Shown here piece by piece: positions 49,451 to 62,305 of a DNA stretch of 64,000 bases. The DNA lies in assembly GCA_013265495.1 (NCBI GenBank), contig MU058213.1:1488001-1552000 (forward strand), in the 5' to 3' direction. The stretch is from Vicugna vicugna. Taxonomy: Eukaryota. A program made the position numbers and the translations under genes. Below the pieces are notes generated by a model, which worked only from the letters and a program-made list of their open reading frames with translations, made no database searches and was not told the origin of the DNA. Each line of letters begins with the position of its first letter. The first letter of the stretch is position 1.

Positions 49451-52400
49451 TATAGCTCTGGGAGAAAAGGCTCATAGTTGTCAGAGGTCATCTCTATTAC
49501 TCAGATTATAGCTTTATTCACTTCTTTTCCTTGTTTCTCTTATGCACCAAAGCCTCTTAAATAGTTACCACTAGAAAGCTGTGTATATTTGAAGAAGAGG
49601 AAAGTGTGTATCTGTGCATAATTTTTATAAAATATTATCACATCATGCATATGCCATTTTTTATAACTTTCACAATGATATTGGATGATCTATGAGCAGG
49701 TATCATGTACACATTTTCATAGATGAGGAAGCCTGGGGTCAGTCCAAATCATTCATTTAAGAACACAACACTAACTCATGGCAGAATTAAGACTTGATTC
49801 CAGATCTTCAGACTCTGATTTCCAGGATTCTCTTTAGCACACAAAGGCAGGTTTTGTGGAGCCCTCTAGGTGTCTGGTGATATCAACAGTATGATGATAA
49901 CAGATATTCATATTGCACCCACTGTGCTAAACACTTGACGCACATCATCTGATTTAGTGAGAGAACTGGGGCTTGGCGAGGTTACGTAGCCTCGGGTCCC
50001 ACATTACAAGAATGTGAAGCTGTCTGTCTTCACTACTGAGATTTTACAGTGCTATACCCTCTCTATTGTAATTCCTTCTGGAATCAATAAACCTATAGAT
50101 CTGGTTAAGGACTGACCACTGAAGTGGCCATGAGACCTCTGAGCCAGTCTCACTCAGGCTGCTGGGAGCCTGGCTCCCTCTCTCACACAGGAACATGTGA
50201 AGTCCTGGGGGCAAGATCTGTGGGCTAGGGGCTCAGAGAATTATTCTTTTTATAATAAGACCAATGTGGGAACAATATTGAATAATATGCTAAATTTACA
50301 TGAATATTAAAGAGTAAGCAAGAGACTACAACTACATTTTGGGCTTTTTGGTTCAGTTTCGGAACTCCCTTGGGACATGAGCTTACTAGCTGCTGCTATT
50401 AGGGGCACTTTGGTGGAAAGGTTTAGGAAATCCTGACTCAACCAGTGCATAAAGTCCACTCCTTGCTCTGGTAAATGATGAACGCAAAGATGACTGAGCT
50501 ATGATTGGTTTTTGCAACTCGTTGCAGCAAGAAGCTGTTGGCCATTGATTAGCAATGGGCACATTTTTCACCAAAGGCTTTGCCCTCCCCTTGCTCTGCT
50601 AATCCTGTTTGCAAGCATTTCCCCACAGAGATCACTACTTCCTAATAATGAATAAGCTCGCACTTGTGAGTTCAAACTGGCAAATTGCCACCAGCCATTT
50701 ATTAGCTCTGGATTAATGGATCAAGACTCAAACTTTCTAGTTAAAAGAACAAGACAAGCCCTCAGGATTCAAGACTCTTTAAAAAAAAAAAATCCCCATT
50801 CACTTGGCATTACCATTTCTTAAGTCTGTGGAGTTAGTTTTTAAAATTTTTTTCTTCTTCTCCTCCCTTGTAAGTTCCATTTGTAAGTAAAGCTGTGAAA
50901 AGGACTTGTTTTTCAATGATTTTGGAGCAGGGAAAATTGTCAGCCTTGGAAATTGTTCATGTTGTAGTCTTGGGAATTTTGAATGGGACTGAAGTTCTGG
51001 CAGAAGTTATTGCTTATTGTGTAGAATATTGGAATGTGTTAGGAGACTAAAATGGCCACTACATGGTGGGCTTAAAAGGGCACGAGAAGACAAGGTGGTC
51101 AGCCTGGAGAAGAAATGACTCCAGGGGCTATTTGAATTGTCTGAGGGCTGCTGGCAGGCTGACCTGGGGGAAGAAGGTTATTCTTATTCTTAGTGCTCCA
51201 GAGAGCTGAGCAGAGACAACTGGTAGGAGATCTGGAAGACGGATTTTGATTCGGAAGGAGGAGAGGAATTTCTAGGCTAGTCAAAGAGTCACAGTGTTAG
51301 AATAGGGTCTTCAGGAAGCATGAGCTCCTTATTCCTAGAGGGGAGGGGGAGAGAAGGAGAGCTTACTTTAGTGGCACATACTATGGGCTGGGACTTCCCC
51401 AGATTATCTCTTTTCATCTTCTCACACCACTTCAAACTTCATGTTATCACTCTCATTGTACAAGGAAGGGAAAGACTCTCTAAGAACTGTGGTAGGATGA
51501 CCATTGAGAGAGACAAGAAGATTCACTGAGATGGGGGGTGGGGAGAATGACTACACGTTGGGGTGAGGGAGAGGCCATGTGGCATTTCAGGCTTTCAAAA
51601 TGTACAGTCAGTAGGGTTAAGTGATGATATTTAGACTTGCCTATTGGCAGCTTAAATGATAAAGAATTGACAGTTGTTCAAATGAGAGTAATCAAATTGC
51701 TGTGAGCCAGGGTCATCTATGTGGATGCTGAAACCATCAAGAAAAATGCAGAGAATTAAGAGATCAAAACTAGAATCATATGGGAGAGGATACAATCACC
51801 ATCTTGAAGCTTCCAGGATGGAGGGAGAGAAATGGATAGTGCTGGCTTTAGAAGAAGAGAGATTATTGATACTTGGCAAAGAAACAATCTGGAAGCTGCC
51901 TTAGGAGTTCAATAACAAGCTGTCTCCCTTTCACCAGTATCCTTAACATTAATTATCTGAATGTGCAGAACTATTATACCTGGAGACAGTGGGGACAAAA
52001 AAAAAAGGTGCAAAGACTGTAACTTTTTTTCTCAGGGTTTCTGCGTTCTGATTAATTAGACGTGTATGTTCTCACCCAGCAAAGGATCTTAGGGGTCTTA
52101 GGTTTAGAAGAGCCTTTTGTGCTTTTGAGTTTAGGCCTTGAAGGAGTTAACCAAGAATGAGGCAGGCGGACATTGAATTTAAGGATCCTCAAGAATTCCA
52201 CTGGAGAGAAGTGGCTTGAATAATACCACTAAGGGGGTGATGGGGCATTTTGGTCAAACGGTCAGCGAGTTTCCTGGCGTAGGGGACTGAGTTGGTGAGT
52301 GACAAGATCTCGAGCAGGGCCTTGAACCCTACTCAAAAGAAGCTGAGAAGCTTGAATTGAGCCCTGATTCTGTGGTAACTGTTCCCAAATGAGGGGGAAA

Positions 52401-52699
52401 AAATAGAAAGATCTTGGTCAAAGGATAATTGCTCATTTGGGTGCAACTGAAAGGAAAATCCATCTTTTCTGAGTGTTTCATCTACTACTTTCTGGCAGAT
52501 GATTTTCAAATCTGCATTGTTAATGCCCACATCTCCCTCTCAGCCTTCATTAGCTGTTTCAGTGATACTGACTTACCAAGTCAAATGCCAACATTGTTGT
52601 TATTCTTCCCCATAACCACACTTTTATGACCCTGTTATCCTCAGTGACCCTATGGAATCATCTGAGTTAATTCCCCAACTCTCTTCCTTCCTACTTTTG

Positions 52700-53080
52700 A
52701 CATTTAATAATTGATTATTCTGTGTCAAGCACTATTCTGGGGAACCTAAGTTGAATGAGTCTCGGTGCCTGCCCTAGAGGAGCTCATGAGAAAGACAGAA
52801 ACAATGAAGAATGTATACATGGTCATGGTGACAGGAGGTCTCTGGGAAGCATCACCTGGCAGCGTGGAGTGAAGAAGACAGGAAAGGCTATGTGAAGGTG
52901 GTACCCAGAGCTGAGGGTGAAGAGTTGAGTAGGAGCCAAAGTGGGAAAGGGATGGTCATTTCAAAAGGAGGGAAATCTACATACAAAACACAGAGATGAG
53001 AACATATATATTTTTGGAGAATCAGATGAGGAAGGGATTGTTCACAAATGAGGCTAGCCAGGTAGACCTCATCCAGTGAT
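52700..53080 (-). mobile_element. L2 fragment
   Basis: catttaataattgattattctgtgtcaagcactattctgg...cctgccctagaggagctca...tgaagagttgagtaggag. Confidence 0.65.
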
Positions 53081-53262
53081 TCTAGCCTGATAATATCTAT
53101 TCATTCTCCCAGATATTATCTTGATGGAGCTGGGTTATCTTATCACTGAGGCCTCCCCAAAACACATCTTTAATCAATTTATATGCCTATAACTCATTCT
53201 GATCTTTAGTTCTCAAAACACCAAATAATGCCACTGAAGAGTTCCAAATCTGTTTTGAATTA

Positions 53263-53404
53263 CAGTTGTTCCTGAGTTACAGTTGTTCCAGGGCCCCAGC
53301 GGATTCCAAAGTCCATGGGTGCTATAGTCCCATATATAAAATGGCCACAGCACAATTGCCCCTCCATATTCATGGGTTCATCTGTGGATGAGAAGGGCCA
53401 ACTG
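53263..53404. mobile_element. MER2-like Tigger (TcMar) MITE, internally deleted
   Basis: TA-cagttg...ttccagggccccagcggattccaaagtccatgggtgct...atataaaatggc...agggccaactg-TA. Confidence 0.75.
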
Positions 53405-54057
53405 TACACATAACTTCTCATTGTTGTTCAAGACCCTTTGCTGGAAATGCCTCCTCTGTGTGCTATCTAGCTGTTATAATGATCCAGCCTGGGGGAGACC
53501 TGGGGAAGGCCACCTTCTTGAGCCTGACACCAAACCTGCAGCATCTACTACCCAGCTCTCGTCCAGGACATTGGTCGTTCCTGCCTTCTGGCAAATCTTG
53601 CCCATCCCTTCCTTCTAACCCCACAGAGGCTCCTGTCCTTCACCAACTGCTTCCGGCTTAGATTTTAATTGGTACTGCTCTTGGATTTTATTTTTTTGAG
53701 GGTTGATTTCAAAGATTTAAAAGAAAGAACATTTTTGTGCTTTTTTTAAACTACAGAAGAAAATATCCTCATTATTCAGTGTTACTTATGCAATATTCAC
53801 ATAGAAAACTCCAGGAAAATGTTTGTCTTTCTTGGTTAAGTGGCATACCTTCCTTTATCAGATGATGAGAACTGTACATGTATTTTCCCTCTTGTTTTTT
53901 TCTAAGAAAGAAGCTCAGAGCTAACTTTCATGTTTAACTGTAGTAACTATATTAGCTAAAGGTTTTGGTATAAATATTTTCTCCTTTCCTCTATATAAGG
54001 TATTAAAAATTTTAATGTCCCTATTTTATACTTTTTATAATGAGATGCCTCAGCTTG

Positions 54058-55460
54058 CTTTATTCATTCATTCAGTTGTTCAATAAATGTTTATTCTACT
54101 ATGTTTTTGTCCAGGTCCTGTGGTAGGTCTAAGAGGGGAGGGGAACCACACTTGATTTCTATACAACAAGAATAATTAATAATAATTGCTACCTTTCCTG
54201 TTGTATCTGTTCTGTGACAAACCTAATACTAGGTAATTTGCTTATACTATTTCATTATTTATACAAATAAGTGAGACTAAAGTATAGAGAGAATACAGGA
54301 GAAAGTGCTACTAGCCTCTGGAAAAGACTTCATTGCAAAGAAGTCATTTGAACCTAGGCTTGCAGGATGAGTAGATATTTGTGATGCATGGAAACAGGGA
54401 TGATAGGTACAATGGTGTGGACTTACTCAAGGGTCTGGTAGGGCACAAGGAAGAGTTCAGTATAGTTGTGCAGAGGTTGTGTTAAGGTGACTGGCAAGAG
54501 ATGGCATTGAAGATTGGAATCAGATAGTCAAATCACTTGTAAACCAAGCTAAAGAATTCATCTGTGGGTGGTCATTCGAAGTCTTTTATTTTATTTTTTA
54601 ATTTTTAAATTTTTTATTGATGTATACTTGATTTATGATATATTAGTTTCAGTTGTACAACATAGTGATTCAATATTTTTATAGATTATACTCCATTTAA
54701 AGTTATTACAAAATAATGGCTATATTTTCCTGTGCTGTACAATATGTCCTTGTAGCTTATTTATTTTATATATAATAGTTTATACCTCTTAATCCCCTAC
54801 CCTTATCTTCCCCCTTCCTGCTTCCCTCTCCCTACTGGTAGCCACTACTTTTTTCTTTATATCTATGCGTCTGTTTCTGTTTTGTTATATATGTTCATTT
54901 TTTAAATTTTGTTTTATTTTTTAGGTTTCCCATATAAGTGATAGCATAAAGTATTTGTCATTGACTTATTTCACTAAGCATAATACTCTCTAGGTTCATC
55001 GACATTGTTGCAGATGGCAGAATTTCATTCTTTTTTATTGAAAGCTTCTTAAAAGGAGATTATTAGTGTTTTTTAGAATTACACTTTAGACAGCAATAAA
55101 GAGCAGAGATTGGATTGGGGAGGATAGTATCAAGTGGTAGATGACATAGACCCGAAGAGAAATGATACTGTGGCAATGGGAATGGCAAGAAGGGGATGGA
55201 TTTAGATCAATGATTGGGATAAGATGGGCAGAATTTGGCATCTTATTGGAGGCAGAAGATAAGAGAGAGAAAAAAGTTAAGGAGGATTTCAAGTTTCCCA
55301 TATGCCTTGAAGGTGGTTGATTCATAATAGGGACTCAATAAGTGCTTGTTGAATAAACATATGAGATTGATTTCATTCACTAGGAAGAGATGGTTTTGGA
55401 CCAGCCAAGTTTGAAATGTCTTCTAGATACCTAGTGGAGAGATCTAGATGGTAGATTATA
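54058..55460 (-). mobile_element. L2 (interrupted by L1 at 54583-55037)
   Basis: ttcattcattcagttgttcaataaatgtttatt...; after the L1: ggcagaatttggcatcttattgga...aagtttgaaatgtc..tagatacctagtggaga. Confidence 0.65.
54583..55037 (-). mobile_element. Older L1 3' end (ORF2 stop region and 3' UTR)
   Basis: T-rich tail, tagtttcagttgtacaacatagtgattcaatattt...cccatataagtga...gacttatttcactaagcataatactctctaggttcatc. Confidence 0.9.
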
Positions 55461-55634
55461 AATGATAAAGATTGCAAAACTGGTTTTCTCTTATTAACAT
55501 ATTCTTTAAATATTATCTGTATTTTCTCATTTTTTTTTCTATTCACTCATCGACTTCATGTGAATAGAGGTCATGCTTAAATTTCTCTTCTCTCTTCCCA
55601 TGACAGCCTGGACAGTGGCTTCATTATATATGGT

Positions 55635-55893
55635 AGCAAACATTTATTGAGCCCTTGATATGTGACTGGCATTATTCTAAGGGCTTTATCTGTAGTAACT
55701 CATTTAATCTTCACAACAGATCTTTGAAGTAGATGCTGTTATTATCTCCACTTTAACTAAAGAAATGAGGGCCAGGGAAGTTAAATAGTTTGCCTGAATT
55801 CTCCCATTTCTTCCAAGCTGAAGCTGATTTGAAGCCAGGCGGCGGTCTAGCTCCTGAGTTCTTGAGCTTTTTCCACCAAACCAAGCTGCCTCT
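55635..55893 (-). mobile_element. MIR SINE, near full length
   Basis: aacatttattgagc...aactcatttaatcttcacaaca...gggaagttaaatagtttgcc...gatttgaagccaggc. Confidence 0.88.
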
Positions 55894-56039
55894 GCCACCC
55901 AGAACCAGTGGATTAGCTGGTTGAGAAGTCTGCTGGGGCCCACACTGAAATTCTCCTGACTGAACCTGAGTGACAAATTTCTGTGAATGCTGCCAAGGAC
56001 ATTTCTACAATGAGTCAGATGTGAAAAATAAAAGAGAAT

Positions 56040-56770
56040 GGCAAAAGTTTCAGGAGTGGGACAATGTATAATTTATTTTTGAAATTATGTATGGAGAGAT
56101 TAAAAGTAATTGCTGATGGAACTGTTAAGCAGGCTGAGGATAAAGTTTACTTGCATAGTATTTAGAATGAGTTGGAAGACCCCTAATTGTTAAAGATACC
56201 ATTACCAAGTGGTTAAGGAAGAGAAGATGTGGAAAGAGGGTATGTGAAGAAAAGTATCTGTGTGAGGAAAAGCAACCCCAAATGAAATACCTGAATAATT
56301 CACTTGTGAGCAGAGAGAGGTCTTGCCAGTTCATTAAGTGCAAGCATTGAGTTGGTTCCTGCTCCAGTGCAGACAGTGAGGCACAGGTAATGTTAAAAAT
56401 GTTTCCCCTGGTGTAACATGGGTACAAAGCCAGGAACATACTAATAGACAACATACTTCTTCTGGGTCCCAAAGCATTTATGAGTAAGGAGGACATGACA
56501 ATTATTATGTTCAAAACTGGCAGGCAGGTAACGGAGGTTTTAAAAAAAAGTTATTTGGGAACTTATGTGGAAGAGAACATTTGTATTCTCCAGAGCTGAA
56601 AGAGCTGACTTTAGGATGAATGTTGGCATAATGGGAAGGTGGCTTTTTAGCTCAATATTGTGCACAGAACTTTGTAACACATAATGCTGTTCTAGTGACC
56701 ACCTCAAGTAATGAACTTCCTGTTACTAGAACTGTGCAAACTGGTTGGAGGACCACATATCAGAAATTTT
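56040..56770 (+). mobile_element. L3/CR1 LINE 3' region
   Basis: ttttagctcaatat...aactttgtaac...gtaatgaacttcctgttactagaa..tgcaa..ttggaggaccac matches the CR1/L3 3' end. Confidence 0.55.
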
Positions 56771-57234
56771 TAGTACCATCCTTTATACTTGAATGCCTTC
56801 AGTGAAAGGTCTAGAGAGGTTAAGTAGCAGCTCCAGCAGTAAGCAGTGGAGTGGAGATTTAAGCCTGTGCAGTATGGGTGCACAGTCCCTTCTCTTAATT
56901 TCTATGTCATGCTGCTTTTCTGGGCCATTAAAAAGAAAGATCCAGAAGTATTAATGAGGTGAAATAAAAACCATAGAAAGTAATTGTGAATCTGAGTGAA
57001 AATTTAAAAATGTACTATGATCCTCACTATCTATTCTGTGTGATACCTGCTGTTGATCAAGTACCAATCTTGTAAAAAGCTCACTAGGGTCATATTGAGA
57101 GTATCTATATTATAAGTAGAATGCTCTGTCTTTGCAGAAAAATAAAAAAATTGGCTAGCTATTGTCTACGATAGTTACGGGTCAGATTCTAAAATTCATT
57201 CATGAGTCAGGGCATTGAGACTGCATTTCCCAAA

Positions 57235-58370
57235 TTAATTCATCCAATTAGCTCAGCAAATATCTATGGAGAACTTTCTACATGCCAGACAACGTTCTAG
57301 GTATCAAGAGTAGAGCAGTGAGCAAAACTGACAAATATTTTTGCCTGCATGGAGCTTAGACTGCAGGGAGACAGGCAATAAATATTAAACACAGCAAATT
57401 AAAAAATTACAGAGTATGTTAGAAGATGATAGGTGATATGGATACTGAGGTGGTCAGCGTAGGCCTTATTGAGAAGGTGGCAGCTGAGTGAAAACTTGAG
57501 GGAGGTGCGGGAGTCAGTTGGCCATGTGGACATCTGGATAAGGAGCATACGAGGCAGAGGGAACAGCCAGTGCAAAGGCCCTGGGGGATGGTGGGGAGAG
57601 AAGCATGCCTCATGTGTTTAAGAAATAGCAAGGTGGCCAATGTGGCTGCAGCAGTGTGAATGAGTGAAACAGCGTTAGGAGATGGGGTCAGAGGAATAAC
57701 TGGGCCCAAATCATTCAAGGTCTTGTAAACCATTTTAAAGACAATTTTTACTCTGAGTGAAATAGGGAGTCATTAGAGGGTTTTGAGCAGAATAGTGACA
57801 TGAATGCTTTCTGGTTGCTGTGTTGAGAATAGACTGTTGGGAACAAGAATAGAAGCAGTTAGAGGGTTATTACAGTAATTCAGGGAGATGATAGTGGCCC
57901 CTAAGGTGAGGTGTTAGAAGTAGCCATATTCCAGATATACTGTGAAGTAACAGAATTTTCTAACAAACTGGATGTGGGGTGTGAGAGAAGGAGAGGCGTC
58001 AGCATGATGCCAAGGAGTGAATGCAGGAGACACTGACTAAGGTGTCTATCAAGACTATCATATCAAGGACTTGATATCAAGGACTATCAAGGATTGTTTT
58101 TAGATATTTTGATTTTGAAATATGTATTAGATCAAGTAGGCATTTGGTCATTGAATCTGGAATTCAGAGGAGGTCTGGCAGTTGTTGGCAAATAGATAGT
58201 GTGTAGAGACATAGGAGCTGATGATGCAACAAGCAAACGAGGATGGATAAAGAATAGAAAAGAGGGTCACTTTACCATTAAAAATTTGGGGAGGACTGAG
58301 GAGCCACCAGTGAGAAGAAGGAAAACCAAGAATGTAGTATTCTGGAAACCAAGTGTGTCAAGGGTCAGGC
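57235..58370 (-). mobile_element. L2a LINE 3' ~1.1 kb
   Basis: cagcaaatatctatgg..tgccagacaacgttctagg...ggcagagggaacagccagtgcaaaggccctg...ctctgagtgaaatagggagtcattagagggttttgagcag. Confidence 0.93.
58047..58093. repeat. Short tandem array of TATCAAGGAC-like units inside L2
   Basis: tatcaagac-tatca-tatcaaggac-ttga-tatcaaggac-tatcaagga. Confidence 0.85.
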
Positions 58371-59284
58371 AAGGCTATTTTATTTAACCCTTAGTGAATT
58401 TGCACCATAGCAATGCTGTGCTACTTACAGCCATATTTCTCGTGGAAAATATGTCTAGCAATACAATGAACAGTATTTATTGACCATCTACTGTGAGTTC
58501 AGTGTTCCATGGAGTACTGCTGAGGGGGTTCAGGAGTTGTGTCTCACACTGCACCAGGCAATGGAGGCTGAAGAGGACACATGACTTAGTTGAAAATGGA
58601 AAGCTACATTTCCGTGTATCATGGAATGTGATCATTTATCAGCGTGGAGAAGAAGGGAACTCAGCCTCAGCAGTCCCAGGTGTGACAAGCAGTACACCCG
58701 GGAAGTTGAGGAGGACTAAAGATGTGTTTCTCAAGTTCTTGTTGTGCACTTGTCTTTCCAGGTAAATGATTTGAGCAAGGAAGGCGCAAGCTTAATAAAA
58801 AAAGCATTTTGCCTCACGGAGGTCTCTTTGATTGTGTAAGTCACAACTGGTCTGATTCTTTTTTTTGGTGTGTTTAAGATCAAGGTTAGGGATGGCGCAG
58901 TGTTGGGGAGGTTAGAAGAAGCCAGACTAAGACAGGGAAGCAGGGCAGAATTATAATGGAGGCAGAGGCCCATACCATGCTACCTCCGAAGACACTGCCT
59001 GTGTTTTGGCCAAAATACCAACAAAATACTCTCATAGCATTATTTAAATATTCTAATATATCTTATCTCTTTCTTTGCAAAAGAAGAAATGAAGGTCAAA
59101 TGCGTCATCTCAGGTCACATAGAAGCTAAGGAGGCAGAGTGGACATTGGAACCAATGTCTGTCTAGTTCCAAAACTCCTGATGGACTTTCTATGACAGTG
59201 GGCTGCTGCAAGCAGGGAAAGAACTGATATTAGAATTTCAGGCAGGGACCTGCAGATGGCCCTATCTACAGAACTGGGGTCCAA

Positions 59285-59470
59285 GTGTGATTGACAGACC
59301 TTTTAGAATCAGGCTGACCTGTGCATGAGTCCCTGAGCTGCCACTCAATAAAGACTTGCCCTTGGGCACTTGAACCTCGCTGGACCTCCAGGAACTTCTC
59401 TTGAAAATGAGAATAAAATATCCACATCATAAAGCTTTTGTACAGAGTAAATGAGCATAGTGAAAATGTG
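59285..59470 (+). mobile_element. MIR SINE
   Basis: ttagaatcaggctgacctg...gagtccc...ctgccactca...ccttgggcacttgaacctc. Confidence 0.6.
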
Positions 59471-60458
59471 CATAGTAAACGTTTCCTCAATGGTGGTGCA
59501 TGTTCTTATTTTATAGACAGATGTCATTGTATTACTGTATCCTCCAAGTTCCAGACAATACCTGGGCTTCAGAATAAAACCCACATAATTCTCTGGAACA
59601 TCCTTCTTTGTGACTGAGCTTGATGTAGCAATTGCTGCACTTTCTTATGTCTTGTGTTCAATAATTTCAAATCTCAAATGCTAAGAATGGAAACAAATAC
59701 CACATTCTCTGATAAAGGAAGAGAGAAAAAAGCCTATTAGTTGTTTTGCTCTTCTGAAGGCCTGTTGTGAATTTCAAAAGACTATATATAATCATTTGCT
59801 GTGGGAGACTCCAAAGTGAAATTGAAATGATTACTGACTCACTGAGTTAAATATCAATTGATTGTTTTTGTAACCAACCTCTAATTGATCAAAAATTATG
59901 GGTTTCAATATCAGAAGGGAATATGATCTCCCTGATACTAAACAGAGTTCATTTGGTCCATGGTAGGAGATTGGGAAATTAATAATTCCATAGAGAAAGT
60001 CTGTTTCGGGAAGCCAAAATGTAGTTGCGTTGGAATTAGTATGACAAACAAGGGATTTTTGGAAGGAGATAATATTACCCTCTTTTAGAGGGCAAATGGG
60101 ATACTTGTTCTCCTATGTCACAATATTTATTGGGAAATTCTGTTATGTTGCTCTCAATGCAAAATGTTGGATCAAAGCCATAGGATAAAGTTTAGTAGTG
60201 GGGAAGTTTGCATGCTATAATAGCTTTGTGAGCCTGGGAAAGTCATTTTGCTTCTGAGAACCTCAGTTTCCTCATATGTGAAAGTGATTTCATAACACAC
60301 TAAATAGACAACATTTAACGGTTGCTTATATTGTATTGGGAACTGTGCTAAACATTTTATATGTTTAAGCCTATGATAATCCAACAAGATATATGCATTT
60401 CCCATCCCCATTTCAGTCATTTCAATCCCCAATTTACCATTCTTCCATGCAGCATTTT

Positions 60459-60682
60459 TAAATTGAAGTATAGTTGATTTACAGTGCTGTGTTAGTTTCT
60501 GGTGTACAGCATCATGGTTCAGTTTTATTTATATATGTAATCACATATATATATACATAGATATATATAAATTTTCATATTCTTTTCATTATAGGTTATT
60601 ACAAGTTATTGAATATAGTTCCCTGTGCTATTCAGTAGGTCCTTGTTGTTCGTCTATTCTGTGTATAGTAGTTTGTATCTTA
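60459..60682 (-). mobile_element. Short L1 3' UTR insertion (cetartiodactyl-type) with 12-bp TSD
   Basis: TSD ATGCAGCATTTT at 60447-60458 and 60683-60694; attgaagtatagttgatttac... terminus. Confidence 0.92.
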
Positions 60683-61274
60683 ATGCAGCATTTTGAACTT
60701 TAAGGGGATCTATGGGAACCAGAACTGCTTAATGCAGAAAGGATTCTAGGGACCACAAGTCATACTGTTTTCCCGTTTTAATGTCAACATCTTCATACTC
60801 ACTTTGGTGCTTCTTAGTGGATGGGCCTTAACTGGTTCCAGTTCTTTGCAGTTTCGTTTTGTTATTTATGCTGAGATAGTTTACCTTTGGTTCAGTGTGC
60901 ATTTGAAAAATGGCCATAGTTCCATTTCTTTTCGGTGTGTACATTTTACATAACCAACAAATTCTATTATCTTCCCTCTTCAAGTGTATACATTGTAACT
61001 TATAAATTGAGAACTCTGTTTCCCTTAGTTAATAAATAGATTTGGTGAAATGGATTCCATTTTCCATGTGGGAATCTTTTTAACCAGAAACTGGGAAACC
61101 AAAAGGCCTAGGTTCTTATAATTATTTATATAGCCATCACCTAATCATCATGAATATATTTTGAGTATTATACATAAAATCATGGGCATATTTGAGCATT
61201 TGTTCATTCATCATATATATATCAAGGGTTTGTTAAATGGACAGAATCTGGAGCTTATAAGAATTAACAAAAGA

Positions 61275-61470
61275 GTAATAATAATAAAGATAATGCTAAC
61301 ATTGTTTAAGTCACTGGCATTCTGCTCAGTGTTTTACACAAAGTAGTTTAATCATAATGACCCTCTGTTACTACCTCCATTTTATAAACGAGAAAGCTGA
61401 GGCTCAGACACATGTACACCCACCTGGGCCTGGCTCGAAATACAAGCTTTTGTTTCCTCTTCTCAGTGCC
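61275..61470 (-). mobile_element. MIR SINE
   Basis: tgctaacatt...tttaatcataatgaccct...ccattttataaacgagaaagctgaggctcaga. Confidence 0.75.
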
Positions 61471-61499
61471 AACCCTCTCAGGAGGTCTCTGATCCATTT

Positions 61500-62060
61500 G
61501 CAGTTGCCTCTGCCTTTCTCTTCTATGCCTCAGGTGCCCTCCAGGATCTCTGTTCCCTCCTTCATACTTCCCATAGTGTCTGTCCCTGCTTCTCTCCATA
61601 TGGATTGTAAACTCTCTTTCTTCCTCATTGCTCTCCCCTAAGAAGGATTCTTGACTCCCAGATCTCTCTATGTCAGTCCTATGTTGGTGGTTCTGAAAAA
61701 GAATTTGAACAACTCCTGGGACATCTTTGACCAGGCAAGATGGGCGTCTTCTATCAAATTGGTTACTTTTTGAATGTTCTGACTGCTCTTTCTCCCCTGT
61801 CAAACCCCTTAATCCGTCTTTCCCCCAGTCATCATCTCCATCATCTCTGTGCTCAGGGAGAACCCTGTGCTTCTCAGATGTCCTTATTTCTGCTGCCCAC
61901 TCACCTGGAAAGCCCTTTCTCTCCCTGTCTCGCTACTAAAGTTGTATCTGTTCTTCGGGCCTGACCTGAAATATCTATGTCTTCTAAACCTTTCCTGGTT
62001 CTCCAACTGGGCGTAATTTCCTCTCTTTTAATCCTATGGTACTTTGCTCATATCCTACAT
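61500..62060 (+). mobile_element. Degenerate L2 fragment
   Basis: Pyrimidine-rich; cacctggaaagccctttctc...cttctaaacctttcctg..ctccaactggg. Confidence 0.5.
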
Positions 62061-62065
62061 CTTCT

Positions 62066-62183
62066 AATAATAGTAGTGATGAGGATGTTGGTGATGATGA
62101 GAAGGAGAAGGAGGATGAAGAGAAGGAGGATGAGGAGAAGCAGAAGCAGATGAAGATGAAGGCAAAGAAGGAAGAAGAGGAGG
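62066..62183. repeat. GA-rich trinucleotide low-complexity tract (GAT/GAG/AAG)
   Basis: Directly visible; sits at a MIR tail and explains the acidic ORF 62036..62353. Confidence 0.9.
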
Positions 62184-62184
62184 C

Positions 62185-62305
62185 TTACAGCATGCCATGC
62201 ACTTCACATGTATTATCTCATTTAATCCTCACAGTCACCCTAAGAGTTACATCATGTTATCACCTTTTACAGATGAGAAAATTAAGGCTTACAAAGGTCA
62301 TTAGC
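62185..62305 (-). mobile_element. MIR SINE
   Basis: tattatctcatttaatcctcacagtcaccctaagag...ttttacagatgagaaaattaaggctta. Confidence 0.85.

Noticed and set aside
57419..57733. 104-aa ORF
   Set aside because: Entirely within L2a.
61348..61803. 151-aa minus-strand ORF
   Set aside because: Spans a pyrimidine-rich L2 relic and a MIR (LSFLVYKME is the MIR core); no homology recognised.
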